Positions 19,730 to 28,162 of a DNA stretch of 47,149 nucleotides are shown one piece after another. Every line of letters starts with the position of its first letter. The stretch's first letter is position 1. The stretch comes from Escherichia phage JeanPiccard. The notes beneath the pieces are model-generated. The model was not told the DNA's origin. It ran no database searches and saw only the letters and a list, made by a program, of their open reading frames with translations. The stretch is from sequence record MZ501080, one strand, 5' to 3'. Position numbers and translations under genes: made by a program.

Positions 19730-20662
19730 TTAATACATGTCTGGAAGGTAAGGCAATGGAGTGGATATTGTTACGTCAGGTCTGTTTCCAATCTCATATC
19801 TTACAATCCTTGATCCAGTTCCCGATCGAACATAACCATTACTCATTACGATTCCTTTGTTTCTTAACTCCTTGTAAGCTGGAATTGCCCTGGTGTTAAA
19901 TCCGCATCTTAATATTGGGAAGTAGGATTCGCCAATATACTGATTGCTACCTGATAGGTTTATGAATCCAGAAACAACCAACGGCCTTGTAACGGTTGAT
20001 AAAGTGCAAACACCATTAGAGTTAAATATGTTCAATCCGGGTCCTGGTATTGGCGCAACCATCTGAAAAATAATCAAGTCCATAGTGACACTTCCAGGAG
20101 TGTCTCCAGTATCTTCAGTGTTTATGTTTGTGCATATCAGTTGATTGCTCCCGTTGTATTCAACCGAGACGCCGGAGTTATTCCACTTTCCAAATGGTAT
20201 CCCATAAATTGGCAGCGTGTATGTGTTGGTGAAAGATATCCTCTGAGCAAACTTGCACACCAACAACCTGTCAGTGGTGGTTATCGAAGTAAAATCTGTG
20301 CTATTGGCAACATAAATACCCTGACCAGTAGATGCTCTTAGTACCTCAACAACAGTACCAGAAAATTGAGTTATACGGTCAGAATATCCATTCTCATAGC
20401 CAATCGATATTGTTCCGCTTGATGCTGTTGATGAGAATCCATTTATGTAGTAAACCTCAACGCCCCTATCAAGTTCGAATGAGTAGGCACCATTATTAGG
20501 GATTAGGAACCTTGACGCTCCTTCATTACCCTGGATTGAAAAAGTTTTGCTAAATCCACCACTAGAAACGTTGAAGTTGCCAGCAAAGTTCAAGGCACGC
20601 ATCCCTGCGGTTATTGTCATTGGCTTTCTTCCGTCATTGAGGTCTATATAAATACCTTGAGC
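19730..20662 (-). CDS. hypothetical beta-rich protein co-transcribed with lipoprotein (possible receptor-binding or exclusion partner)
   Basis: 310 aa from ATG 20662 (AAGGAG RBS, TAATG overlap with upstream gene); Gly/Ser/Thr/Asn-rich. Confidence 0.45.
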   Translation of the reverse strand, partial: AQGIYIDLNDGRKPMTITAGMRALNFAGNFNVSSGGFSKTFSIQGNEGASRFLIPNNGAYSFELDRGVEVYYINGFSSTASSGTISIGYENGYSDRITQFSGTVVEVLRASTGQGIYVANSTDFTSITTTDRLLVCKFAQRISFTNTYTLPIYGIPFGKWNNSGVSVEYNGSNQLICTNINTEDTGDTPGSVTMDLIIFQMVAPIPGPGLNIFNSNGVCTLSTVTRPLVVSGFINLSGSNQYIGESYFPILRCGFNTRAIPAYKELRNKGIVMSNGYVRSGTGSRIVRYEIGNRPDVTISTPLPYLPDMY

Positions 20663-20664
20663 CA

Positions 20665-20895
20665 TTAATTCCACTCCTTAGAACCATAATCACGAACGGA
20701 CCCACTGGAGCCTTTAATTCCATCGTAGCGAATATCAATTTCACCAGCCGGAACAATTACGCCGCTTTTCCATTTAGCTACGCACACTCCGTTTGAGGAT
20801 GTAGCGCACCAACCATCTGGGCGAGGACCAGATGAGCAGCCTACCATCATGATTGCTGCTGCGGAGATGATTACTGATTTGATGAAGTTATTCAT
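20665..20895 (-). CDS. lipoprotein, Cor-like superinfection exclusion candidate
   Basis: signal peptide [19 protein letters not shown] followed by Cys (lipobox MVGC); about 76 aa; adjacent to tail genes. Confidence 0.55.
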   Translation of the reverse strand: MNNFIKSVIISAAAIMMVGCSSGPRPDGWCATSSNGVCVAKWKSGVIVPAGEIDIRYDGIKGSSGSVRDYGSKEWN

Positions 20896-20960
20896 TTTTA
20901 AGTCCTTATTAAGTTTTCTCGTTTCGATGTGGTAATGATAACTCATCCCTGCGGATTGTC

Positions 20961-20978
20961 TTTAGCAATTCGTGCTAT
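20961..20978 (-). promoter_or_regulatory. dyad motif (minus orientation, copy d) overlapping methyltransferase stop codon
   Basis: TTTAGCAATTCGTGCTAT is the reverse complement of ATAGCACGAATTGCTAAA. Confidence 0.4.
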
Positions 20979-21651
20979 TTGCAATGAAAACCGCCCTTGC
21001 GAATCCTCTCGGTGTAAGACTGCGGACTACCTTCGTTTTCTTACTCTTACCGCCTAGCTTCTTGTATTGGTCTGAGAATCCGTCATTAACAGGCACGGGA
21101 ATAGCATCAGGCCATTTAAACCCATTGCCAGACCAAATACATGTCTTCTTAGGATATGCGTCGCGAGGCTTTATTAGGTCGCTAAAAAACGGGTGTAAAT
21201 CATCTTCCGGCAAATAGCCTCCGTATTCGTAAGGGTGGAAAGTGTTATCAGGCTTTCGCCAAAGTGATGAAAGTACGCTTATCGGGTTCTCAATCATGTA
21301 TGGCACTTGGTACTTATTAGCCAGGTTAAAGGCAACTTTACACGCTTCAGCAGCTTCAATTTGGAAATTGGGGTTAGCAAGGCGCTTGCGCTCAAAGTGT
21401 CTTGACCCGCTCACCGCTAAATCCGTACAGGGCGGGAATGCCAAAATGAAATCAGGCTTCACATTAAAATCGAAGTCAGCATCTATCCATGCGTTAACAT
21501 AGGTGATGTTGTGATGCTCAACCTTTGCATTTAAGTCACCGTAGCTCCCATGGTCAGAATCATCAAAGTTGAAACAGTAGCAAGTGTGACCAGCTTCAGC
21601 CCAATCTTTCACCGCAAGACCAGAGCCATCAAATAAAGACCAGATAACCAT
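20962..21651 (-). CDS. DNA C5-cytosine methyltransferase (short Dcm-like)
   Basis: motif I-like LFDGSG, PC motif FPPCTDLAVSG, ENV-like MIENPIS. Confidence 0.65.
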   Translation of the reverse strand: MVIWSLFDGSGLAVKDWAEAGHTCYCFNFDDSDHGSYGDLNAKVEHHNITYVNAWIDADFDFNVKPDFILAFPPCTDLAVSGSRHFERKRLANPNFQIEAAEACKVAFNLANKYQVPYMIENPISVLSSLWRKPDNTFHPYEYGGYLPEDDLHPFFSDLIKPRDAYPKKTCIWSGNGFKWPDAIPVPVNDGFSDQYKKLGGKSKKTKVVRSLTPRGFARAVFIANSTNC

Positions 21652-22034
21652 TTTACAATCCTCTCTCGTTGTTTGTGCGACTAACTATACCAGGTTTTGC
21701 GTCTGAGTTTTAGCTATTCGTGCTATTGCATACACGTAACAGATGTAACTTGATGTATACAATCTAATCCGCGGAAAATGATATACGCCAAGTTACGCAT
21801 GGTTACGCTATATTTACATTAAAATATCTATATATATCAACCATTTACTCTTATTATTATTATTATATATATTACTGTGTATATCATGTAACTACCTCTA
21901 TAGAGTGTTCCGGTTGCAATTTTAATATCATGTGGATTTATACAGTGTTGCACGGTGCTATACCAATGCACCCTCAGCAATAAATGATATACACGATATA
22001 CACACTAGTTACATTGAGCTATAGCTGATCTGAG
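21652..22034. promoter_or_regulatory. AT-rich divergent control region 1 (iteron-like repeats; candidate early promoters or origin)
   Basis: no ORFs; (ATT)n tract, GATATACAC tandem repeat, GTAAC/GTTAC and GTATAC repeats, TACACGTAAC; about 75 bp homologous to 40887..40960. Confidence 0.45.
21708..21726 (-). promoter_or_regulatory. dyad motif (minus orientation, copy e) upstream of methyltransferase gene
   Basis: TTTAGCTATTCGTGCTAT; followed on minus strand by TATAGT and leader before ATG 21651. Confidence 0.4.
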
Positions 22035-22379
22035 GTGCCAGAAAACGTAACTAGTGGCAATGCATACATGGAATTACAAGAATTCACACGTAAACTTAAT
22101 AAATTGATAGGCACAAACGATTGGATTCCAGCAAGCCACGCGGATATAGTTAACCCATCGAAAGCAAGCAACCAAATAGATACGAAAATGGGAAAGAAAA
22201 TAGATAGATACTCAGCTCACACCGTAATACTACCCAGCTATGCTCCGGTTTTTATTGGTGTAACTTACGAAGTGGCTCTTAGATTATGCGAGTCATCATA
22301 TGGTAAAGACTGGAAAAACAAATCAATTAGAATAGAGAAGACAACTAGAGAACATATCAAAATCATCGCGGGGGTATAA
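22035..22379 (+). CDS. hypothetical protein (start uncertain)
   Basis: 114-aa ORF with GTG start and no clear RBS; in-frame ATG at 22068. Confidence 0.35.
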   Translation: MPENVTSGNAYMELQEFTRKLNKLIGTNDWIPASHADIVNPSKASNQIDTKMGKKIDRYSAHTVILPSYAPVFIGVTYEVALRLCESSYGKDWKNKSIRIEKTTREHIKIIAGV

Positions 22380-22380
22380 A

Positions 22381-22575
22381 ATGACTTACTACATTATCAA
22401 AGAGAAAAACAACGCGTTGTTCGGAGACTGCTACTTTGGCGGCCCAGCTGGATACACCACAGATAAGAACGAGGCCGACAGATTCGAGACTAAAGAAGAG
22501 GCTAGAGATGTACTGACCGGGTACTTCACTGAAGAAGATTTGAAGTCTGTTAAAGTTGTTAAAGTGAAGGAATAG
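22381..22575 (+). CDS. hypothetical protein
   Basis: 64 aa ORF tightly packed before nuclease gene. Confidence 0.45.
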   Translation: MTYYIIKEKNNALFGDCYFGGPAGYTTDKNEADRFETKEEARDVLTGYFTEEDLKSVKVVKVKE

Positions 22576-22578
22576 AAT

Positions 22579-23544
22579 ATGAGCTTTAAAGTTTTTACGA
22601 GAGAGGAACTAAGCAACGAGGCTTACCACGCTGAAACTGACCACATCTCAGGCTCCTCACTTGTTGAGATTATCCAGGGTTCACCAGCCAAGTGGAAGTT
22701 CAAGCAGCGCAATGGCGATAGCAAGGCTCTTAAATTCGGCACGCTGAGTCACACTTACATCCTGGAAGGTGACATGTTTGATAAAGAATACCTTCGCGCA
22801 ACCGACCTTGACGCGATTGAAGGCTTAATTACAAGCCAGACCGGATTAGCAGCAGCACTTAAAAAAGTCGGTGTGGCTGGTACGTCAGGGAAGGGCTATA
22901 GCGAGCTAGTAGAGATGATGTATCGTTCAGGTGAGGATTGGCCTGTTAAATGGCTAATTGAGCAGCAGGAGAGCGCTCAGGCGCTTTTGGAGGGTAAGCA
23001 GCTAGTTAGCGCAGCAGACTATGACAAAGTGGTGGCAATGCGTGAAGTTCTTTGCAATATCCCGGCATACAATGCAATCGTGAATAGCGACACCGCACAG
23101 AAAGAGCTATCAATCTTCGGTGAGATTCTCGGTGTCGGAGTAAAGATTCGAATCGACCATGTTGACGTTGTTGATGGAGTGGTCCGCATTACAGATTATA
23201 AAACCACAGCGGACGCAAGCCCTGAAGGATTCGGTAAGTCTGCATTCTCTCACGGATACCTTGCAAAAATGGCTCTTCAGCGCGATCTGCTTGTGAAGGC
23301 GTTCAACGAGAAGCGAAAGGTTGTTGTGGGTTTGCTGGCGCAGGAGAAGGTGGAGCCATACTTACCAATGCTGTATACCCTAACTGACGAGCAGCTACGA
23401 ATTGGCCGACTCCAGTATCTTGAGGCGCTAGCAAATTACAAGAAGTGCAGGGAGCTAGATATCTGGCCTGGCTACTCGAATGGCATTACAGAGCAAGAAT
23501 TGATGATTCCTGAGTGGGCAATTAAACAATATAGAGAGATATAA
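22579..23544 (+). CDS. PD-(D/E)XK exonuclease (RecE/RecB-family-like)
   Basis: IDHVDVVDG ... ITDYK motif pattern (D..D/E.K); co-located with annealing protein and SSB genes. Confidence 0.65.
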   Translation: MSFKVFTREELSNEAYHAETDHISGSSLVEIIQGSPAKWKFKQRNGDSKALKFGTLSHTYILEGDMFDKEYLRATDLDAIEGLITSQTGLAAALKKVGVAGTSGKGYSELVEMMYRSGEDWPVKWLIEQQESAQALLEGKQLVSAADYDKVVAMREVLCNIPAYNAIVNSDTAQKELSIFGEILGVGVKIRIDHVDVVDGVVRITDYKTTADASPEGFGKSAFSHGYLAKMALQRDLLVKAFNEKRKVVVGLLAQEKVEPYLPMLYTLTDEQLRIGRLQYLEALANYKKCRELDIWPGYSNGITEQELMIPEWAIKQYREI

Positions 23545-23545
23545 A

Positions 23546-24010
23546 ATGAACAAAGATTGCTGGCAGACTCCTTTAGAGTTATTTAAACCAATAGATGAAA
23601 AATACAACTTCGAGGTTGACGTATGTGCCAGTCCAGAGAACGCGCTTTGTGAATACTTCTGGACCGTAGATGATGACTGCTTGCAACAGGATTGGGGTGA
23701 TGATGGCGGTTTCGTTTGGTGTAATCCACCATATAGCAATCCATTACCATTTGTTGAAAAGTGCCAGCAATACGGATATGCAGTCATGCTATTGAATCAG
23801 GATACGTCAACAAAATGGGCTAAGATAGTCTTTGAAAAAGCATCAAAGGTTATACTTTTATCAGACAGGGTTAGATTTATAAATCCAGTAACACTTGAGG
23901 TTGGCAAGTCAAACCCAAAATGCCAGATGATTGTTGTTTTCGACAAGAGCAGTAATACTGGTGTTGATATACGCTGGTGCTCAATAAAAGAAATTCATAA
24001 GCACATATAA
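23546..24010 (+). CDS. dam: phage-type DNA N6-adenine methyltransferase (Dam-like)
   Basis: WQTP N-terminus and catalytic NPPY motif (WCNPPYS); about 154 aa, typical of the small phage Dam family. Confidence 0.8.
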   Translation: MNKDCWQTPLELFKPIDEKYNFEVDVCASPENALCEYFWTVDDDCLQQDWGDDGGFVWCNPPYSNPLPFVEKCQQYGYAVMLLNQDTSTKWAKIVFEKASKVILLSDRVRFINPVTLEVGKSNPKCQMIVVFDKSSNTGVDIRWCSIKEIHKHI

Positions 24011-24011
24011 A

Positions 24012-24029
24012 TAGCACTTTTTGTTAAAA
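24012..24029 (+). promoter_or_regulatory. dyad motif TAGCACttttTGTTAAAA (family copy f)
   Basis: directly after dam stop; followed by TATAGTTAAAG. Confidence 0.4.
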
Positions 24030-24086
24030 CGAAATTAATGTTTTTCGTTATAGTTAAAGAACACAAGAAAACAATGGGGGTTAGTC

Positions 24087-24302
24087 ATGTTAAAATTAGA
24101 ATGCATCAATTTTCCAATCACGTTTAACAGCAATGGGAATGGTGAAATCACTTTCAACACAAAAGATAATGGGGTGTGGGAAGACGATGAAGTTTCCACT
24201 ATTGGCCTGGATCATTTCATTGAACAACACAACATAAAGAACCCTAAGAACTCAAGCAAAAAAGATTACTATTACTACAGTATGGGTAACGAACGAGGTT
24301 AA
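24087..24302 (+). CDS. hypothetical protein
   Basis: 71 aa ORF downstream of motif-promoter. Confidence 0.45.
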   Translation: MLKLECINFPITFNSNGNGEITFNTKDNGVWEDDEVSTIGLDHFIEQHNIKNPKNSSKKDYYYYSMGNERG

Positions 24303-24306
24303 AAAC

Positions 24307-24381
24307 ATGAATCTTCACCCGCTTACATATATACACATTATCGCCTGGATCGGTTTATTCATTTACTTATTCAATCTATAA
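24307..24381 (+). CDS. possible small hydrophobic peptide (24 aa)
   Basis: ATG after GAGGT; sequence MNLHPLTYIHIIAWIGLFIYLFNL has one hydrophobic helix. Confidence 0.25.
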   Translation: MNLHPLTYIHIIAWIGLFIYLFNL

Positions 24382-24392
24382 GGATTCATATA

Positions 24393-25043
24393 ATGCAAAT
24401 TTCAGAATCATTCAAGTCCATTTTAAGTGCGCTTCACAGAGCTAAATCGATGTTTGCTAAAGCTGAGAGATCGCAGCAAAACTCACATCTTAAGAACAGA
24501 TACGCTAAATTAGAAGATGTTTTAGCGGCAGTTGAGCCCGGGCTTGATGAGTGCGGATTAGTGATGTTCCAAAGCGTAATTGACGATGAATCAACTAACC
24601 GATTAAAGGTTGAGACAAAAATCTTCCACGCGGAATCTGGAGAGTGGGTTAGCTTCTTAATGATTGTTCCAATCAGCAAGCAAGACGCTCAAGGTTACGG
24701 ATCCGCACTTACATATGCTCGACGATATGGCATTACATCGGCTTTAGGGCTTAGCCAGGCTGATGATGATGGCAATCTCGCAGCTAAAGGCGTCAAGGAC
24801 TTTAAACGAGAGCTTGAGAAGTGCAATACTCTTGATGAGCTTCGTAATGTATGGAAGGAGGCTAAGCAGTCACTTGATGCAGCAGGATGGAAGGTTTTCG
24901 AACCTCACATTATAGAGCGAAAAGCTGAAATCGAAGCAAACGCAGCAACTGGATTCAACCCAGCCACACCCAAGAAAGTTGCAGAAAAAAGTAGTGATAA
25001 AGAAAAGATTGAAGTAGAATCTCAACAAATCGACACATTCTAA
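24393..25043 (+). CDS. single-strand annealing protein (Erf-like)
   Basis: GSALTYARRYG segment as I recall from ERF-family recombinases; located between nuclease and SSB genes. Confidence 0.6.
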   Translation: MQISESFKSILSALHRAKSMFAKAERSQQNSHLKNRYAKLEDVLAAVEPGLDECGLVMFQSVIDDESTNRLKVETKIFHAESGEWVSFLMIVPISKQDAQGYGSALTYARRYGITSALGLSQADDDGNLAAKGVKDFKRELEKCNTLDELRNVWKEAKQSLDAAGWKVFEPHIIERKAEIEANAATGFNPATPKKVAEKSSDKEKIEVESQQIDTF

Positions 25044-25083
25044 ATTTAACGGGGCTACGTCCCCAACAATAGAGAGATAAAAA

Positions 25084-25512
25084 ATGCACGTAATTACTGG
25101 TCAGATTCGCCGCGCTCCGTTCACTAAAGAAGGTCAAAACGCCAATGGTACATGGAAAATGTTTGCTGTTGATTTGAGTGAGAGATACAAGGATAAAGAT
25201 GGGCAGACTCAGTATAGTAACTATCGCGCAGTCTTCTTCGCGAAAGAGTCTATGCTGGATTGGTATAACGAGGCATTTCAAGAAGGTAAAGTTGTTAGCG
25301 TTAGCGCAGATACTCTTTCTGTTGATGTTCGTGATAAAGATGGTAAGACTTACGTAACAATCAACATGAACAACCCTAGACTTGAGTTTAGTCAGCGAGG
25401 TGAAAGTGGTGTTCAGCAGCAACAGCCAAGACAACAGCAGCAACAACCGCAAGCACAACAGCAGAAGCTTCAGCCGCAGCAGCAGCAATTTGATGACTCC
25501 ATTCCATTCTAA
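25084..25512 (+). CDS. single-stranded DNA-binding protein
   Basis: Gln/Pro-rich linker and acidic C-terminal tail DDSIPF (E. coli SSB ends DDDIPF). Confidence 0.75.
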   Translation: MHVITGQIRRAPFTKEGQNANGTWKMFAVDLSERYKDKDGQTQYSNYRAVFFAKESMLDWYNEAFQEGKVVSVSADTLSVDVRDKDGKTYVTINMNNPRLEFSQRGESGVQQQQPRQQQQQPQAQQQKLQPQQQQFDDSIPF

Positions 25513-25520
25513 TAAAAGAT

Positions 25521-25544
25521 AAAGCCCCTTTCGGGGCTTTTTTA
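25521..25544. terminator. bidirectional terminator (convergent SSB operon and tail fiber gene)
   Basis: hairpin AAAGCCCCtttcGGGGCTTT flanked by A-run and T-run. Confidence 0.65.
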
Positions 25545-28073
25545 TTAACCTATCTTAGTATAAGTCCATTGGTATGTTGCAGCGCCCTGTGCAGTTATCC
25601 CGACAGTTCTTCCGCTTACATCCATTGAAGTGAAAACGCCAGTTTTTGTAATTGTTATTGATGATGTTGTACCATCAAAAAGTACATCAGCAATTACACT
25701 ATAGTTAGCCCCGGCCCCAGTAACCCAGGTCGAAACCTTGTATAAACCTGCGTTGTTTGGCAACTCAAAAAGACCAGTTGAAACATTAGCCTGAACAGCC
25801 ATAGCGCCCTTTCCGGTGTATACACCGTCAGTTTTAAGTCCTAATGATGAATACGTTTGCTTATAACCGCCAACGATCATGCCACCCATTGGTTCAGTAA
25901 ACCAGTTCACATTACCCTGACTAACAACCGATATAGCAGGAGAGCCACCTTTAGCTGACTGGAACCTACCGCTCAAAACGTCAATTCTAGATGTTGAATC
26001 CTGGGCGTAGATAGTTACAGGATACCCACCAGAACCAGTGTAAACCAAGCCGTTATCATTAATATCATCTTCAGATGAGTCAATGATTACATGGGAAGTT
26101 CCAGACGCCTTGATGTACGAAACAACACCACCGGAACCAGCGCCTGTTGTTCTAACTTCATTCTTCCATGATGTTAGGCCTGAAATCCTGCCATTTGAGT
26201 TATTAAACCTAATCAGGCAACAATCCTGAGAACCGTTCGTGTCAATAATGTTACCTTCGACGTCCATTCCCAGTATGTTTACGCTATGACTGTTAATAAA
26301 GTTAATTCCAGCACCACCGTAAGAACCAGATGTTGATGATATATTGCTGGCATCCATTGCGCAGTTAATCATCGTCACGCTCATCACTGAACCAAATTCA
26401 TAAGGTGAAATGCAATCTGATGCGTAACAAGTCTCAAGCAATATTGTCGTCCCAGTCGCCTTGATGAATCCCGTCCTGCAATTCCTGGCCCAAACATTCT
26501 GTAACTTAGTTTGGTATGTTCCAGTGGTATCCGTGTAACAGCCCCACGCTCCATGTACCGTGCAATCTTTGATGCATGAATTTTCCAGACCAGTTGCAGA
26601 ACCAACATTAGAAACGAAGTTAAATGCTATCTTTTGATCATTCCCTGGTGCTGAGGTAGGCGTAGTGCCTGGGTTATAAAAAATGTAAAGTCCCTCAATA
26701 AACACTTGATACATTCTTATGTTTTGCGCATCACCCTGAACCAGGGCAAACAGGTTAATGTTCCCATCAACTGAGATAAATGCTTGCGCCCTGTTAATTT
26801 GGTCTGTCCCCTCCCCAATAATTCTTGTGCTGTTCCCAATCCTTACCGTCCTGTTAATAAACATAAAACCTTTTGGTATGTATACAGTTTTACCGGTATT
26901 AACTGCCGCCTGAAGCGCAACTGAGTCAAGTGACTCATTAAGGTTTGATGCAAATGGATAAACAGCCCGTGCAGCCTCAATTGTAGAGAATTTAGATGAC
27001 AGCGGAACTAAAGTGCCATTGTTTGTAGCACCAAAATCCATGACGTTAACAAAGTCACCAAGTTTACTTTCCTTGCTCCTTTCTACAGATGAGGTCAATG
27101 TCGATTTGTAATTCATCGAACTGAATCGTGATTGAGCCTCAGTCGTTGAATAAACATCAAGCAGACCCCTTACCCTTAAGGCGCTGGATCCACCAGTAGC
27201 TCCATCTCCACCAGGAACGCTTAGAAGTTCCCTTACATAAAAATTCCTAGAACCAGTAGCTCCAGTAATGGTAATTTCCGCAACCCTAAAAACGGCGTTT
27301 GAGGTTGTAGAAGGAGAAATTCTTACTACGTTACTTCCATTAACACCACGCGTCGCAAGAACATCAATACAAATAGTAGTGTTTGTCGCCGGGAACATTG
27401 AACTTAAGGCTGACGGAATGTTAACCATGTTTGCAATTTTGCACTGGTAGCTACCACCTGAATAAAATTGCATTGTCTGCCAGTCAAGGGATGTAAGCAG
27501 TGGTGTTGTAGTACTTCCTATGCCGTGTTCTGCAAAGTAAGCCACTGCGGCCGTATTCCCAGCTGCATTTATTGCGTTAACGGTTCTGTTGTATGAGTTC
27601 AGTGCATTATTGCTAGCACCAACGGCAGTTGATGCACTTTCTGCGGCAGAAATTTGACTAGCAAGTGCCTCTGCAGCTCCGGTAGTTGACTGAGTTGCTA
27701 ACTGTTCAAATCGAGGCCAATCGAAGGTGTCTTGACCAATAAATTGCAGCAATCCTTCGATGGATGTCTCCTTTGACTGATAGTAACGCAGAGTCTCAGC
27801 AACATTCTGAGCTAAACCCGGAGCGGTAATCCCATCGTGCGCAAGAATCGCGTAACCAGTTCCGGCAGGAACAGTTTCAGAGTTAGGGTTATAAACATTA
27901 ATCTTAGTGTCGCTGACAATTTCCGAGATGGCGTAGATCTTTATCGGGTTAGTTTTGAAAATGATAGTAGCACCTACGCGAATCAGTGTAAGCGGTGCTT
28001 TCCATGTTGTACCAACACCAGTTACCTCTCCATTCGCGGCTAGTGACGCTGTTCCTAAGTCATAAATTGCCAT
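25545..28073 (-). CDS. tail fiber / tailspike with beta-helix (pectate-lyase-like) domain
   Basis: 842 aa from ATG 28073; conserved fiber N-terminus MAIYDLGTASLAANGEVTG; central VMDFGATNNG plus repetitive Gly/Asn/Ser/Thr beta-helix-like region. Confidence 0.75.
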   Translation of the reverse strand: MAIYDLGTASLAANGEVTGVGTTWKAPLTLIRVGATIIFKTNPIKIYAISEIVSDTKINVYNPNSETVPAGTGYAILAHDGITAPGLAQNVAETLRYYQSKETSIEGLLQFIGQDTFDWPRFEQLATQSTTGAAEALASQISAAESASTAVGASNNALNSYNRTVNAINAAGNTAAVAYFAEHGIGSTTTPLLTSLDWQTMQFYSGGSYQCKIANMVNIPSALSSMFPATNTTICIDVLATRGVNGSNVVRISPSTTSNAVFRVAEITITGATGSRNFYVRELLSVPGGDGATGGSSALRVRGLLDVYSTTEAQSRFSSMNYKSTLTSSVERSKESKLGDFVNVMDFGATNNGTLVPLSSKFSTIEAARAVYPFASNLNESLDSVALQAAVNTGKTVYIPKGFMFINRTVRIGNSTRIIGEGTDQINRAQAFISVDGNINLFALVQGDAQNIRMYQVFIEGLYIFYNPGTTPTSAPGNDQKIAFNFVSNVGSATGLENSCIKDCTVHGAWGCYTDTTGTYQTKLQNVWARNCRTGFIKATGTTILLETCYASDCISPYEFGSVMSVTMINCAMDASNISSTSGSYGGAGINFINSHSVNILGMDVEGNIIDTNGSQDCCLIRFNNSNGRISGLTSWKNEVRTTGAGSGGVVSYIKASGTSHVIIDSSEDDINDNGLVYTGSGGYPVTIYAQDSTSRIDVLSGRFQSAKGGSPAISVVSQGNVNWFTEPMGGMIVGGYKQTYSSLGLKTDGVYTGKGAMAVQANVSTGLFELPNNAGLYKVSTWVTGAGANYSVIADVLFDGTTSSITITKTGVFTSMDVSGRTVGITAQGAATYQWTYTKIG

Positions 28074-28097
28074 TGTGTAAAGTCTCCATTTGTAAAA

Positions 28098-28115
28098 TAG
28101 CACGATTTGCTAAAG
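28098..28115 (+). promoter_or_regulatory. dyad motif TAGCACgattTGCTAAAG (family copy g)
   Basis: located between tail fiber start and primase terminator, plus orientation. Confidence 0.3.
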
Positions 28116-28138
28116 TTGATTGTAGCATCTTTAGGGCA

Positions 28139-28162
28139 TAAAAAAACCTCCCGAAGGAGGTT
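28139..28162 (-). terminator. rho-independent terminator for primase operon
   Basis: on minus strand: hairpin AACCTCCttcgGGAGGTT followed by T7. Confidence 0.6.

Noticed and set aside
21835-21875. (ATT)n / (TTA)n microsatellite tracts as a standalone simple repeat
   Set aside because: They are part of a larger conserved element shared with 40900-40940 and are better described as components of the AT-rich control regions.
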